From contig CAVVPN010000011.1 in NCBI GenBank assembly GCA_963750165.1, positions 1,152,001 to 1,216,000 of the forward strand: a stretch of DNA of 64,000 nt, written 5' to 3'. The DNA is from an uncultured Gemmataceae bacterium (GTDB taxonomy: Bacteria > Planctomycetota > Planctomycetia > Gemmatales > Gemmataceae). Position 1 is the first letter of the stretch, and every line of letters starts with the position of its first letter. The notes beneath the pieces were generated by a model. The model was not told the origin of the DNA, did no database searches, and was given only the letters and a program-made list of their open reading frames with translations. The translations under genes and the position numbers were made by a program. Positions 11,469 through 21,802 of this stretch are shown here, piece after piece.

Positions 11469-11904
11469 GCCGACCGAAGGTCTCCCGCAAGCGCCCTGGT
11501 CAAGTGGGGTTCGTGGAGACCTTCGGTCGAGGCCGGTGGCATGGTCTCCGGACCAGAGCGGTTCGCAGTTGGGTGTAGCGGAAGTCGCCAGACTTCCGTC
11601 CGGTGCTGCTCGGAAGTCTGGCGACTTCCGCTACACCCATTCGCAATCTGCAATAGAGCGGTTCACACTTGGTTTGGCGCAGCCTGTGGGACGGCTCTCC
11701 AGAGCCGTCCTTGTCTCGGAGACGGCTCTGGAGAGCCGTCCTACGGGGCGTAATCCACGCGGCTGTGAACCGCTCTAAAGGTCTTATCAACAAGTGGGCG
11801 CGTACAATGAGAGCACGCACTCCCAGCACCTTCCTTGGGACCCCGACGTTGTTGGTTGGGGCGTGGTCTCCGGGCCACGCGCCAGCGGCCGACCGAAGGC
11901 CTCC
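11469..11904. repeat. Cluster of nested REP/MITE-like palindromic elements
   Basis: CGACCGAAGGTCTCC/GGAGACCTTCGGTCG; GGGTGTAGCGGAAGTCGCCAGACTTCCG and its inverse at 11571-11638; TAGAGCGGTTCACA...TGTGAACCGCTCTA at 11654-11777 enclosing a GACGGCTCTCCAGAGCCGTC doublet. Confidence 0.85.
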
Positions 11905-11907
11905 TTG

Positions 11908-11958
11908 CTGAGTCCTGACCTCTGAGTCCTGACCTCTGAGTCCTGACCTCTGATTTCT
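11908..11958. repeat. Heptamer-based tandem repeat (CTGAGTC CTGACCT) x3
   Basis: Seen directly; related to the array at 7480-7581. Confidence 0.85.
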
Positions 11959-11974
11959 CAAGGAGAGCGATCCG

Positions 11975-12857
11975 ATGAAAGAAACCATCGGCTTCATTGG
12001 CCTGGGCAACATGGGCCTGGCCATGGCGGTGAACCTGCTCAAGGCCGGCTATGGCCTGCGCGTCTACAATCGCACTGCCGAGAAGGCCCGACCCCTGCTG
12101 GAGCAGGGAGCCACTCTCGCGCAGCCCGGCGGAGGCGGCCAGGCCTGGCGGCGTCGTGGTGACCATGGTGTCTGACGACCGGGCGCTGGAGGACGTGACC
12201 CTGAGCCCGGATGGCCTGCTGGCCCGCCTGGGTGACGGTGTGCATCTGTCGATGAGCACGATCGCGCCGAGCACGGCCCGCCGGCTGGCGGATCGCCACC
12301 GGGAGCGCGGCGCCCACTATGTCGCCTCGCCGGTCTTCGGCAAGCCCGAGGTTGCCGCCGCGGCGCGGCTGTGGATCGCGACCTCGGGCGCGGCCACGGC
12401 ACGGGCACGAGTGCGGCCGCTCCAGGAGGCGCTGAGCCAGCGGGTCGTTGACTTCGGCGAGGAACCCGGGGCCGCCAACGTCATCAAGCTCTGCGGCAAC
12501 TTCCTGTTCGGGGCCGCCATCGAGGCGATGGCCGAGGCCTTCACGCTGGCCCAGAAACACGGCGTGCCGCGACGGCAGACTTACGAGTTTTTCACCCAGA
12601 CCCTCTTCGATTGCTTCGTGTACCGCGGCTACGGCGAACTGGTCGCTTCGGAGCACTATCAACCGGTGGGGGCGCGGCCGTCGCTGATCCGCAAGGACTA
12701 CGGGCTGATTCTGGCGGCGGCGGCCGAGGGGTTGGTGCCGATGCCGTTGGCCGGTTTGATCCACGAGCGTCTGACGGCGACGGTGGCCAAGGGCCGCGAG
12801 GACGCCGATTGGGCTGGCTTTGCCCGCGAGGTCTCGGAAAGCGCGGGGTTCCGATAG
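11975..12857 (+). CDS. NAD(P)-dependent beta-hydroxyacid dehydrogenase (3-hydroxyisobutyrate/6PGD family); frameshift at ~12120
   Basis: IGFIGLGNMG and VYNRT, then in the next frame SMSTIAP, SPVFG and IKLCGN. Confidence 0.88.
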
Positions 12858-12897
12858 AAAGGACAACCATTCCGTGCGCATGGGAGGTGCCTTGCCG

Positions 12898-13644
12898 ATG
12901 AAGATCGGACTTTTCGTTCCCTGTTACATCGACGCTTTTTTCCCGGAAGTGGGCATCGCCACCCTGGAGCTTCTTGAGAGGCTCGGCTGCACGGTCGAGT
13001 ATCCGCTCGAGCAGACCTGCTGCGGCCAGCCGATGGCCAACAGCGGCTGCCAGGAAGATGCCGCGGCCACCGAGGCCCTCTTCGTCCACTGTTTCAAGGA
13101 GTTCGACACGGTCGTCGGGCCGTCCGGGAGCTGCGTCCATCACGTCCGCTTCCATCTCGACGCGATCGAGCAGACTCTGGAGGCCAGGAAGGTCCGGGCG
13201 GGAACTCGTGAGCTGGTCGAATTCTTGCACGACGACCTGAAGGTTCCGGCCTTTCCCTGGGCAGCATTTCCGCACAAGGTGGGTCTCCACGACAGCTGCT
13301 CCGCCATCCGCGGCCTCGGCCACGCCCGGCCGTCGGAGCGCGTGAACGAGCCCGACTTCTCGAAGACCCGAAACTTGCTCGGGAAGGTCGCCGGGCTCGA
13401 ACTGGTCGAGATCGACCGGCCCGATGAGTGCTGTGGTTTCGGCGGCAGCTTCTGCGTGACCGACGAGGCGGTCTCGGCCAAGATGGGCTATGACCGTGTT
13501 CATGACTTCCACCGCCACGGGGTCGAGTACATCGCCTCCGCCGACATGTCCTGTTTGTTGCACATGAAAGGCGTCATCGACCGCCTGAAGCTGCCGCTGA
13601 AGGTCATCCACATCGCACAAATACTCAACGGAGGTCCGTCATGA
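12898..13644 (+). CDS. lutA: Lactate utilization protein A (CCG-domain Fe-S protein)
   Basis: MKIGLFVPCYID, QTCCGQP, HDSC, ECCGFGGSF, DMSCLLH. Confidence 0.88.
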   Translation: MKIGLFVPCYIDAFFPEVGIATLELLERLGCTVEYPLEQTCCGQPMANSGCQEDAAATEALFVHCFKEFDTVVGPSGSCVHHVRFHLDAIEQTLEARKVRAGTRELVEFLHDDLKVPAFPWAAFPHKVGLHDSCSAIRGLGHARPSERVNEPDFSKTRNLLGKVAGLELVEIDRPDECCGFGGSFCVTDEAVSAKMGYDRVHDFHRHGVEYIASADMSCLLHMKGVIDRLKLPLKVIHIAQILNGGPS

Positions 13645-15018
13645 GCCGTCCCGTCAATCCGGAAGGGCTGGCCGCGCGGTTCATCTCCCTGGAGGTGCAT
13701 GAGTCCACCCACGACCGTCTCGTCTGGGGGATGCGCCAGAACCGTGATCAGGCCGTCGCGGGCGTACCGGAGTGGGAGAAACTGCGCGCGCTGGCCTCAC
13801 AGATCAAGGAGCACACGCTCACGCACCTGGATCAGTACCTCGAACAGTTCGAGGCCAACGCGACGAAGCTCGGCACGCATGTCCACTGGGCCCGCGACGC
13901 CGACGAGCACAACGCGGTGGTCCACGACATCCTGAACGCGCACCGGGTCAAGTCGCTCATCAAGAGCAAGTCGATGCTCCAGGAAGAGTGCGGCATGACG
14001 CCCTACCTGCAACAGCGCGGCATTGAGGTGACCGAGTCGGACCTCGGCGAGCGCATTCAGCAGCTATCCAACGAGCCGCCGAGCCATATTGTGGTGCCGG
14101 CCATCCACAAACTGCGAACCGACGTGGCGGCCCTGTTTGCCAGGGACATCGGCACAGATCCGAAGGACTCTGACCCGCACGACCTGGCCGAGGCGATGCG
14201 CCAGAACGCCCGGCCGCGCTTTCTGAGGGCCGACGCCGGCATGACCGGCGCCAACTTCGCGGTGGCCGAGACCGGTGGGTTCGTCGTCTGCACCAACGAA
14301 GGCAACGCCGACATCGGCGCCAGCGTGCCGCCACTCCATATCGCCAGCATCGGCATCGAGAAGCTGATCCCGCGCCGGCGACCTCGGAGTCTTCATCCGT
14401 ATGCTCTCGCGCAGCGCCCTGGGCTCACCGATCACGCAGTACACGTCCCACTTTCACGGCCCGCGGCGCGGCGGCGAACTGCATGTCGTGCTCGTGGACA
14501 ACACGCGGAGCGACCGGCTCGGCTCACCGGATTTCTGGCACGCCCTGAAGTGCATCCGCTGTGGGGCGTGCATGAACACCTGCCCGGTCTACCGCCGCGG
14601 CGGCGGGTTGAGCTACGGAGCGACTTATGCCGGCCCGATCGGTGTCATCCTCGACCCCGGCTTCGACCTGAGCAAGTACCGTGAGTTGCCCTTCCACTCG
14701 TCGTTGTGCGGGTCGTGTACGGAGGTGTGCCCGGTCAAGATCGACATCTCCGACCAGATCTACAAGTGGCGCCGTGTGGTTGCCACCAGGGGGCTGCTGT
14801 CGCTCACCAAGAAGGTCGGCATGAGCGCACTCGGAGCGACCCTCGCCCACCCGATGCTGTACCACGCCGCCGAGTCCGTGGGGGATTCGGCATTGACGCA
14901 CCTGCCACGGTTCCTGCTCTACAACCCGCTCAACCCCTGGGGCAAGCACCGCGAGCTGCCGGCCGTCCCGAAGCAGACGTTCCGCCAGTGGTTTCTTGAG
15001 AACCGGAGGAAGACATGA
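13641..15018 (+). CDS. lutB: Lactate utilization protein B (LUD domain plus 4Fe-4S); frameshift at ~14378
   Basis: KSKSM, ESDLGE, PSHIVVPAIH, TNEGNAD, then CIRCGACMNTCPVY and SLCGSCTEVCPVKI; ATGA overlaps with its neighbours. Confidence 0.9.
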
Positions 15019-15683
15019 GTCCGCGTGACGCGATCCTGGCGGCCGTTCGGAGGAACCTGCCCCGGCCCGCCGTGCCCCTGCCCGAGGTTCCCGGGACCGA
15101 CCGGAAGGGAATCAAGACCGGGTTCGGCTACAAGGAGCACTTCTCCAGGCTGCCAGAGGTCTCGGGTTTCCCGGACGAGGGCGAACCCATCCTCCCGTAC
15201 TTCCGGAGGCAGTTGGAGGCGATGGGCGGGAGGAGCTTCGAGGTGGCCGACGCCGCGGCTGCCCGAGCGAAGGTGGCGCAATTGTTCCCCACGGCCAGGG
15301 TGGTCTGCTCGGCCGTGCCGGAAGTGCCGGGCACCCGACGGGTCCAGGATGTCCGCGACCCCCATGAGTTGAACGATGTCGATGTCGGGGTGGTCCGCAG
15401 TCCGCTCGGAGTGGCGGAGGCGGGGGCCGTCTGGCTCTCCCAGGCGGAGCTGGTCGTGAACGCCCTGGGGGTGCTGTCGCAACACCTGATCGTGCTGCTC
15501 GACCCCGCGGCCATCGTGGACACGCTGCACGACGCCTATGAGCGGCTGAACCTTACCACCAGCCCCTATGGCGTCTTCCTGGCGGGACCGTCGGCCACGG
15601 GCGACATTGAGGGCGTGATTATCCACGGGGCGCAGGGCGCACGGAGCCTGACTGTCCTGCTCCTCGCGCCAGCCGGCGGTTGA
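15015..15683 (+). CDS. lutC: Lactate utilization protein C (LUD domain)
   Basis: GVAEAGAVW, LAGPSATGDIEGVIIHGAQG. Confidence 0.87.
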   Translation: MSPRDAILAAVRRNLPRPAVPLPEVPGTDRKGIKTGFGYKEHFSRLPEVSGFPDEGEPILPYFRRQLEAMGGRSFEVADAAAARAKVAQLFPTARVVCSAVPEVPGTRRVQDVRDPHELNDVDVGVVRSPLGVAEAGAVWLSQAELVVNALGVLSQHLIVLLDPAAIVDTLHDAYERLNLTTSPYGVFLAGPSATGDIEGVIIHGAQGARSLTVLLLAPAGG

Positions 15684-15752
15684 GGGAACGCGACCGATCA
15701 GCTCTGAGGAGAAACCAACTGGCAACCCAATTCCCTGGAAAAGAGACAAGTC

Positions 15753-17483
15753 ATGTCCCGGACTGTGGCCGAATACCTGGTGGACACATTGGCCGAGGCA
15801 GGCGTTCAGCGCATTAGCGGCATCGTTGGCGACAGCCTGAATCCGGTGACCGACGCCGTTCGCCGGAGTAACAAGATCCGTTGGGTGGATGTCCGCCACG
15901 AAGAAACCGCGGCGTTCGCGGCCGGGGCGGAGGCCCAGCTCACCGGCCAGCTGGCGGTTTGCGCGGGCAGCTGCGGCCCGGGTAACCTGCATCTGATCAA
16001 CGGGCTGTTCGACGCTCACCGGAGCATGGCTCCCGTGCTGGCCATCGCCGCCCACATCCCCAGCTCCGAGATCGGCACCAGCTATTTCCAGGAGACCCAC
16101 CCCGACCAGCTGTTCCGCGAGTGCAGCCATTACTGCGAACTCATCTCCAATCCCCGCCAGCTGCCGCGGGTGCTGCAATCCGCCATGCAGCACGCGGTGA
16201 GCAAGCGGGGCGTCTCCGTCCTCGTGTTGTCGGGCGATGTCGCGGCCATGCCGGCGCCTACGGAGACGTTCACGCGCAGGCTCGTGACCGCGCAGCCGCT
16301 GGTCCGGCCCGCCGACGCCGACCTGGCCCGCCTGGCCGACCTGTTGAACAAGGCGCGGCGGGTGACGCTCTTCGGCGGCATCGGCTGTGCCGGCGCGCAC
16401 GACGAGGTCGTGGCCCTGGCCGGGAAACTCCGGGCGCCGGTCGGGTACAGTTTTCGCGGCAAAGAATGGCTGGAACACGACAACCCTTACGCCGTGGGCA
16501 TGACCGGGCTGCTGGGCTGGGGAGCCGCGTACCAGGCAATGCACGAGTGCGATGTCCTGCTGCTGCTGGGCACGGATTTCCCCTACGAGACCTTCATGCC
16601 GACCACCCCTCAGATTGTCCAGGTGGACCTCCGCGCCGAGCGTCTGGGCCGGCGGTCCAAACTCGATCTGGGCCTGTGCGGCGACATCAAGGCCACCCTC
16701 CAGGCCCTGTTGCCGCTGGTGCAGCCGAAGGCCGACCGGGCGTTCCTTGACCACCTCCTCGAGCAGCACACGGCCGCGCGGCGGAAACTCCGGGTCTACG
16801 TGGATCACGTCGGCAAGCGACGGCCGATCCACCCCGAGTACGTCGCCGCGACCCTGAACGAGTTGGCCGGCCCGGGTGCGGTGTTCACCGTGGACACCGG
16901 GATGTGCGCCGTCTGGGGCGCCCGCTACGTCGGCGCCGCGGCGGGCCGGCGGTTTCTGGGCTCGTTCAACCACGGCTCGATGGCCAACGCCCTGCCGCAG
17001 GCGATCGGCGCCCAGCTGGCCTATCCTGACCGGCAGGTGATCTCCTTCTCCGGCGACGGCGGCCTGTCCATGATGCTGGGCGAACTGCTGACGGTCGCTC
17101 AGTACCAGTTGCCGATCAAGATCGTCCTGTTCGACAATCACCGCCTGGGCATGGTGCAACTGGAACAGGAGGCCGCGGGCCTGCCCCATTACGGCGTGGA
17201 GCTGAAGAACCCCAACTTTGCGCTACTCGCCCAGGCCGCCGGCCTGACGGGCCTGCGGGTCGAGGACCCGGCCGAGGTCCGCCCGGCGCTGGAGCAGGCA
17301 CTGGCGTCCAGCGGGCCGGTCCTGGTGGACATCGTGACCGACCCGAACGTCCTGTCCCTGCCGCCAAAGGCGACGGTCCAGCAGGCCGCCGGCTTCGCCA
17401 TGTCCATGACCAGGATGGCGTTCGCGGGTGAACTGGACGACGTGCTCGACACGGTCATGGCCAACTGGCGGGACATGATCTGA
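15753..17483 (+). CDS. poxB: Pyruvate dehydrogenase (quinone) / pyruvate oxidase
   Basis: GIVGDSLN, VRHEETAAFAAGAEA, GSCGPGNLHLINGL, YFQETHP, GSFNHGSMANA, TPP motif GDGG. Confidence 0.92.
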   Translation: MSRTVAEYLVDTLAEAGVQRISGIVGDSLNPVTDAVRRSNKIRWVDVRHEETAAFAAGAEAQLTGQLAVCAGSCGPGNLHLINGLFDAHRSMAPVLAIAAHIPSSEIGTSYFQETHPDQLFRECSHYCELISNPRQLPRVLQSAMQHAVSKRGVSVLVLSGDVAAMPAPTETFTRRLVTAQPLVRPADADLARLADLLNKARRVTLFGGIGCAGAHDEVVALAGKLRAPVGYSFRGKEWLEHDNPYAVGMTGLLGWGAAYQAMHECDVLLLLGTDFPYETFMPTTPQIVQVDLRAERLGRRSKLDLGLCGDIKATLQALLPLVQPKADRAFLDHLLEQHTAARRKLRVYVDHVGKRRPIHPEYVAATLNELAGPGAVFTVDTGMCAVWGARYVGAAAGRRFLGSFNHGSMANALPQAIGAQLAYPDRQVISFSGDGGLSMMLGELLTVAQYQLPIKIVLFDNHRLGMVQLEQEAAGLPHYGVELKNPNFALLAQAAGLTGLRVEDPAEVRPALEQALASSGPVLVDIVTDPNVLSLPPKATVQQAAGFAMSMTRMAFAGELDDVLDTVMANWRDMI

Positions 17484-17519
17484 GGCTCGCCTGCTTCGGA
17501 AGATAATGGAGAATACGCG

Positions 17520-18845
17520 ATGACTGATGGATTGTTGTGGCACCGTATCCAGTTCGCCTTTACGGTCACCTACCACTACCTGTTTCCGCAGTTGACGATG
17601 GGCCTGGCCCTGCTCATCGTGATCTTCAAGGTCGTGGCTCTCCGCAGAGCGGATGAGCGCTATAACGAGGTGGCTCGTTTCTGGGCGCGCATCTTCGGTC
17701 TCAACTTCGTTATGGGCGTGGTGACGGGCATCCCACTGGAGTTTCAGTTCGGCACCAACTGGGCCCGGTTTTCCAATTACGCGGGAGAAATTATCGGTCA
17801 GACGCTGGCGATGGAGGGAGTATTTGCCTTCATTCTGGAGTCCGCCTTCCTGGGCCTGTTTCTCTACGGCGAAAAACGGCTGGGGCCGCGGGGCCATCTG
17901 GCGGCGGCCCTGGCCCTGTGCCTGGGCTCCTGGCTGTCGGGCTACTTCATCATCGCCACCAATGCGTTCATGCAGCACCCGGTCGGCTACCGGATTGGCC
18001 AGGATGAGGCCCTGCACTTGCAGGATTTCTGGGAGTTCGTGTTCAATCCCTGGGCGATCTGGCAATACGCGCACAACATGGCCGCCTCCGTCATCACGGC
18101 ATCCTTCGTTGTCTCGGCGATAGGGGCCTACTGGTCGCTGATGGGAAAACATCTGGAGCATGCGCTGATTTGCCTGCGCGTGGGTGTGATTGCCGGCCTG
18201 CTGGCCTGTGTCGTGGTAGCTTTTCCGACGGGAGACAGTCAGGGCAAATTGGTTGCACGGCATCAACCGGTGACCCTGGCGGCCATGGAGGGGCTGTTCA
18301 AGAGTGGCCCGGACGCAGAGTTGGCGATCATCGGTCAGCCGAACGTCAAGGCGCGCCAACTGGAAAACCCCGTCGTGGTGCCCGGCGTTCTCAGTTTTCT
18401 GTGTTACGGAAGCTTCGGCAGTACCGTCAAGGGACTGAATGATTTTCCCGAGAACGAGTGGCCGGACAATGTGGAACTGCTGTATTACACCTACCACATC
18501 ATGGTCGGGCTGGGGACGATCTTCACCCTCGTGATGGCGGTCGCGGCCTTCTTGCTCTGGCGTAACCGGTTGCAGCAGTCTCGGCAAGTGCTCTGGGTGT
18601 TGATGCTCTCGATTCCCTTTCCTTACATCGCCACGACGGCCGGCTGGTGGACGGCCGAGCTGGGCCGGCAACCCTGGGTGGTGCATGGCCTGCTGCGCAC
18701 CGCCGACGCCGGTTCCACCCAGGTCAACACCGGCGATGTGGTCTTCACCACGTTGGGCTTTGCCGGCCTGTACCTGGTGCTGGGCATGCTCTTCGTTGTC
18801 CAGGTTCTGAAACAAATCGCTCGGGGCCCCGTGACCGCTCTCTAG
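17520..18845 (+). CDS. cydA: Cytochrome bd ubiquinol oxidase subunit I
   Basis: RIQFAFTVTYHYLF, EFQFGTNW, NAFMQHP, QPVTLAAMEG, ELGRQPW. Confidence 0.95.
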   Translation: MTDGLLWHRIQFAFTVTYHYLFPQLTMGLALLIVIFKVVALRRADERYNEVARFWARIFGLNFVMGVVTGIPLEFQFGTNWARFSNYAGEIIGQTLAMEGVFAFILESAFLGLFLYGEKRLGPRGHLAAALALCLGSWLSGYFIIATNAFMQHPVGYRIGQDEALHLQDFWEFVFNPWAIWQYAHNMAASVITASFVVSAIGAYWSLMGKHLEHALICLRVGVIAGLLACVVVAFPTGDSQGKLVARHQPVTLAAMEGLFKSGPDAELAIIGQPNVKARQLENPVVVPGVLSFLCYGSFGSTVKGLNDFPENEWPDNVELLYYTYHIMVGLGTIFTLVMAVAAFLLWRNRLQQSRQVLWVLMLSIPFPYIATTAGWWTAELGRQPWVVHGLLRTADAGSTQVNTGDVVFTTLGFAGLYLVLGMLFVVQVLKQIARGPVTAL

Positions 18846-18853
18846 GAGATGCG

Positions 18854-19900
18854 ATGGAAACGGTCTGGTTCGCCGGTGTGTCCGCGATGCTCGCGGTCTA
18901 TGTGATCCTGGACGGGTTCGATTTCGGCGCCGGCATCCTGCACCGTTTCGTCGCCAGGACGGACGAGGAGCGGCGGACGGTGTTGGCGGCCATCGGGCCG
19001 GTCTGGGACGGCAACGAGGTCTGGCTGGTGGCGGCAGCCGGTGTGTTATTCCTGGCGTTTCCCAGAGTGTATTCCGCCGCCTTCAGCGGTTTTTACCTGG
19101 CCTTGATGATCGTGCTCTGGTTGTTGATCCTGCGGGGGGTCGCCATCGAATCGCGCTCCCAGCAGGAGAACCCGTTATGGCGCGAGTTCTGGGACACGAC
19201 CTTCTCGTTCGCCTCGGCGCTGTTGGCCGTGGTGCTGGGCACGTCCCTGGGCAATGTGGTCCGCGGTGTGCCGCTGGACGGCACCGGTGGCTTTGCCATG
19301 TCTCTGTTTACGGATTTTCAGCCGGGGGCGCAGCCAGGAATCTTCGATTGGTACACCATGCTGGTGGGGGTCTTCACGCTATGTGTCCTGGGCGGCCACG
19401 GTGCCCTTTACCTTGTCTGGAAGACAACCGGTCCCGTGCGGGAGCGCAGCCGCGACTGGGCCCGAAAGGCGTGGCTGGCTGTGCTGCCGCTGTGGGCACT
19501 GGCGACCCTGGCCACTGTCTGGATTCAGCCGGAGGTCTTCACGAACCTCCTCGCTCGTCCCTGGGCGCTAGGCTTTGTTCTCCTGATGCTGGGCGGGCTG
19601 TTCGGGGTCTTTCGGTTCTTGAAACGCGAGCAAGAACTGGCCGCCTTCCTGTCGTCAAGTGCGTTCCTGTTGGGTCTCATGGCGGCCATGATGGTGGGCA
19701 ATTATCCGCACTGGTTGCGCTCTACCCTGGATCCAGCTTATAGTCTGACGGCCACGAACGCCGCCGCGGAAAGTTACGCTTTGCTGGTGGGGCTCGTCTG
19801 GTGGGTGATCGGCATGATCCTGGCAGGAGGATACTTTGTTTACGTATTCCGGTCTTTTCGCGGCAAGGTCGATGCCCGCGCCACGGAGCATTATCACTGA
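18854..19900 (+). CDS. cydB: Cytochrome bd ubiquinol oxidase subunit II
   Basis: LDGFDFGAG, IGPVWDGNEVWLV; directly follows cydA. Confidence 0.95.
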   Translation: METVWFAGVSAMLAVYVILDGFDFGAGILHRFVARTDEERRTVLAAIGPVWDGNEVWLVAAAGVLFLAFPRVYSAAFSGFYLALMIVLWLLILRGVAIESRSQQENPLWREFWDTTFSFASALLAVVLGTSLGNVVRGVPLDGTGGFAMSLFTDFQPGAQPGIFDWYTMLVGVFTLCVLGGHGALYLVWKTTGPVRERSRDWARKAWLAVLPLWALATLATVWIQPEVFTNLLARPWALGFVLLMLGGLFGVFRFLKREQELAAFLSSSAFLLGLMAAMMVGNYPHWLRSTLDPAYSLTATNAAAESYALLVGLVWWVIGMILAGGYFVYVFRSFRGKVDARATEHYH

Positions 19901-20016
19901 CGATCAATGTTGGTTGGTGTCACCCCGTCCCGCCTAGTTTCGTGGGAACGGCAATGCTCCGTCGGCGTGATCCGCAGGGACCCATGATTTCCGCGACTAT
20001 TTGATTGGAGTGGCAG

Positions 20017-21126
20017 ATGTCGAACGATCTCAAATTACCGGCGGCAGTCGAGCAGCCGCGCCTCGGCACAGCGAGCACGCTGGCAAGATTCGCCGTGATC
20101 GGTGTCGCTCTCACGGCGGTCGCAGGAACCTTCGCCTATTTCGGTGGGTGGTTCACCCCGAATGATCTGACGCCCGCGCGGCTCACCGACGCTTTCGAGC
20201 AAGTCGATGGCGTCCACCCCGGCTTCCGGCGCAACCATGCCCGGGGGGTGGGCGTTTCCGGGTTCTTCGAGAGTAATGGGAACGGCGTCCGTCTCTCGCG
20301 GGCGGCCGTCTTTCAACCGGGGACCGTGCCCGTGATCGGCCGCTTCTCCCTGGGTGGAGGGAATCCGTATGCCGCCGACAAACCGGACAGGGTGCGCGGC
20401 CTCGGGCTTCAGTTTTCGCCGCCTCACGGCGAGCTGTGGCGAACCGCAATGATTAACCTTCCTGTCTTTCCGGTTCGCACGCCCAAGGCGTTTTACGAAC
20501 TGCTGCTCGCCTCGAAGCCGGACCCCAGTACCGGCGAGCCGGATCCAACCAAAATGAAGGCGTTGTTCGCACGCCATCCCGAAACCGTGCAGGCGCTGAC
20601 GATCATCAAAAAACAGCCAGTTTCCTTGGGATTTGGCAACAGCACCTTCCACAGTCTGAATGCGTTTCGCTTCATCAATGCGGCAGGCGATTCCATCCCG
20701 GTGCGCTGGTTCCTGACGCCGCAGCAACCGTTCGAGGCGGCAAACACTGCTTCGGCGTCCCGGGACAAGAAATATCTCTTTGACGCCTTGATCGCACAGA
20801 TCCACCATCAGCCGTTGCGCTGGCGTCTCATCATCATCGTTGGACAACCGGGCGACCCCACGAACGACGCCACCATCGCCTGGCCAGCCGGGCGGGAACA
20901 GGTGCATGTGGGAACCCTGACGCTAAACCAAGTGGAGAGTGACGAGACCAGTGCTGCGACGGATATTAACTTCGACCCACTGGTGTTACCCGCGGGCATC
21001 GCGCCCTCGGATGATCCCTTGCTCAGCGCCCGCTCGGCGGTGTACTCACAGTCGTTTACCAGACGCGCCGGCGAAACGAGGCAGCCGAGCGCGATCACGC
21101 CAGCCGACGTGCGGAAAGGAGAATGA
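20017..21126 (+). CDS. Catalase-related peroxidase (SrpA-like) with N-terminal membrane anchor
   Basis: RRNHARG distal His, GRFSLGGG, SDDPLLSARSAVYSQS proximal Tyr; short catalase core. Confidence 0.88.
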   Translation: MSNDLKLPAAVEQPRLGTASTLARFAVIGVALTAVAGTFAYFGGWFTPNDLTPARLTDAFEQVDGVHPGFRRNHARGVGVSGFFESNGNGVRLSRAAVFQPGTVPVIGRFSLGGGNPYAADKPDRVRGLGLQFSPPHGELWRTAMINLPVFPVRTPKAFYELLLASKPDPSTGEPDPTKMKALFARHPETVQALTIIKKQPVSLGFGNSTFHSLNAFRFINAAGDSIPVRWFLTPQQPFEAANTASASRDKKYLFDALIAQIHHQPLRWRLIIIVGQPGDPTNDATIAWPAGREQVHVGTLTLNQVESDETSAATDINFDPLVLPAGIAPSDDPLLSARSAVYSQSFTRRAGETRQPSAITPADVRKGE

Positions 21127-21128
21127 GG

Positions 21129-21746
21129 ATGTCAACTCAACGTCGCCAATTTACCGCCTTCTCGCGGCTGCTGCACTGGACGATGGCCGCGCTGGTGTTA
21201 ACCATGCTGTGCATCGGCGTTACCATGGTCGTCTCGTTGGCCGATTACCATGTGCTCGTGTCGATCCATCGCCCACTGGGGATCGCGATTTTGATCCTGG
21301 TTGTCGTTCGCTTCGTCAACCGGCTCTTGAGTCCGCCGCCACCGTTCCCGGCCACAATGTCACGTGCGGAGCGTCTGGCGGCAACGGCGTCGGAACTGAC
21401 GATGTATGGTTTGATGTTCATTCTCCCGCTGGTCGGTTGGGGCATGCTGTCGGCGGCGGGCTATCCGATTGTCCTTTTTGGGTCCGTGCAGCTGCCGTTT
21501 ATCCTGCCGCACGACCTCATGCTGTATGCGGTGTTGCGACAGGCGCACACCGTCCTCGCGTACGTCTTTTTCCTGACGATCCTTGCTCACTTCGGGGCGA
21601 TTTTGTTTCACACGCTGATTGTGCGAGACGGCATCCTGATTCGGATGGCGCCGTGGAACATTCGGTCACAGGAGGCCGCAGCCACGGAGCAAACCGGGCC
21701 GTGTGGCACACGACAATCTCAGTCGGTTGTGGTTGACTCCGAATAA
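21129..21746 (+). CDS. Cytochrome b561-like membrane protein
   Basis: RLLHWTMA, IHRPLG, AHTVLAY, AHFGAILFH; four hydrophobic segments; abuts the catalase gene. Confidence 0.87.
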   Translation: MSTQRRQFTAFSRLLHWTMAALVLTMLCIGVTMVVSLADYHVLVSIHRPLGIAILILVVVRFVNRLLSPPPPFPATMSRAERLAATASELTMYGLMFILPLVGWGMLSAAGYPIVLFGSVQLPFILPHDLMLYAVLRQAHTVLAYVFFLTILAHFGAILFHTLIVRDGILIRMAPWNIRSQEAAATEQTGPCGTRQSQSVVVDSE

Positions 21747-21802
21747 ACTGACCCGCGCGGAGTGCAAGGTACTCGCTGCGGTTCACACCTGAGAGGGATC
21801 AC

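Noticed and set aside
11469..11958. Possible CRISPR array
   Set aside because: The repeats are inverted and heterogeneous with no regular repeat-spacer period, and there are no cas genes.
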